Below, piece after piece: positions 23,456 to 24,377 of a DNA stretch of 24,377 bases (its first letter is position 1; the number at the start of each line of letters is the position of its first letter). The notes beneath the pieces are model-generated. The model was not told where the DNA came from and did no database searches. It saw only the letters and a program-made list of their open reading frames with translations. The stretch spans positions 1-24,377 of the IMG/VR virus record IMGVR_UViG_3300020044_004943; one strand, given 5' to 3'. The stretch comes from a virus (lineage: Duplodnaviria; Caudoviricetes). A program made the translations under genes and the position numbers.

Positions 23456-24377
23456 CTATAAATAAAACTGAGGAACAATCTCCTCTTCCATTCTAGCCGA
23501 TGCCCTATCATAAGCCATCATCAAAGCAATAGCATTGTCAACCTTGAGTTTAGGCTGCTTGTAATCCTTGGTGATGCGAGCACCTCGAGGGTCAATCTTG
23601 AGCACACAGTTATCAATGTGCCGGGCTAGGGCCGGGTCACCATCATGGATGAACTTGCCATTCATAATCGCATCAAAGAGTTTGCCAGTCGCTGGCACAG
23701 TGCGCTCAGGGCTGTTGCGATACATCACCACAGGCACACCAGACTCTTGCCACAGCATCAACTCATCAAACCAATAAGAAGGGTCGCAGGCCATCTCGCG
23801 CATCCGAGGGAAGTCTTGATGGAACTGCATAAGCCAGGCTGTCACCTCATCCTTAGACACACGCCATGAGTCATCATCAATGGCAAAGTTCTTCTCCCAT
23901 GACCTAACCAACTTGACTCGGTAAGGGCCGCCCTCCTCAACTGGCATGGCCACAGCAACAATCGAGGTGGAGTCACCAGACCAAGAACCATCGAAGCCCA
24001 GCACATACTCATCATCTGGGCTCATCTCCCACTCCTCAGTGAGAGCCTCCCAGGTGCCGGCAGGCAGCCAAGCCATCTTGCTATTCACCCATTGGTTCAG
24101 TCGCTTAGTGCGGAACTCAGCCTCAGGGGTTCGGCGCACAGCAGAGGCAAAGTCAGCCTCACTCACCAGGTCATCAAAGCCGGGGTTACAGGATGCCCAT
24201 GTTTCTGGCAGCCTGTGGTCTGCATCCTCATCAGCCTCCCACCAGGCCATGAAAAAGGTCGGGTCAACAACCTCGCCTGTGGCAACCTGCTTGCCATATT
24301 GGTAAAGGCTGTAAGCAATCGAATCCTGGCCGGTGCTATCGGTGCGAGTGCCGGCCGTGGTCACACAATACAACTGG
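23456..24377 (-). CDS. terL: Terminase large subunit (5' end outside window)
   Basis: VTTAG coupling motif, F.TKRLNQWV, LGFDGS.SGDST and KVDNAIALMMA nuclease motifs; frame open to the window edge. Confidence 0.95.
   Translation of the reverse strand, partial: QLYCVTTAGTRTDSTGQDSIAYSLYQYGKQVATGEVVDPTFFMAWWEADEDADHRLPETWASCNPGFDDLVSEADFASAVRRTPEAEFRTKRLNQWVNSKMAWLPAGTWEALTEEWEMSPDDEYVLGFDGSWSGDSTSIVAVAMPVEEGGPYRVKLVRSWEKNFAIDDDSWRVSKDEVTAWLMQFHQDFPRMREMACDPSYWFDELMLWQESGVPVVMYRNSPERTVPATGKLFDAIMNGKFIHDGDPALARHIDNCVLKIDPRGARITKDYKQPKLKVDNAIALMMAYDRASARMEEEIVPQFYL

Overview
Part of a small siphovirus-type (HK97-fold) phage genome, most likely infecting an actinobacterium (WhiB gene, leaderless TANNNT promoters, M23 endolysin; the host is inferred). 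Almost all genes are on the minus strand. From the right end the order is: large terminase (partial), portal, a multidomain HAD-phosphatase/prohead-protease, major capsid, a three-gene glycosylation cluster, head-tail and tail genes with a -1 frameshifted chaperone, tape measure, minor tail proteins, lysis genes, whiB (plus strand), an HNH endonuclease, and a recombination module (YqaJ exonuclease, ERF, SSB, RusA). I recognised no integrase, repressor, polymerase, primase, helicase or initiator in the window. The most interesting signals are non-coding. (1) A ~450-nt densely base-paired element (about 1590-2034) in the recombination module has its own promoter and a candidate short antisense RNA over its 5' end. 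(2) Three dispersed gene cassettes share a promoter plus a 5'-terminal hairpin leader with compensatory changes and an upstream GTnAC-N6-GTnAC box. (3) A second promoter class, TGTCTG-N10-TANNNT, occurs three times with exact spacing. All calls come from reading the sequence; no searches or folding programs were run.
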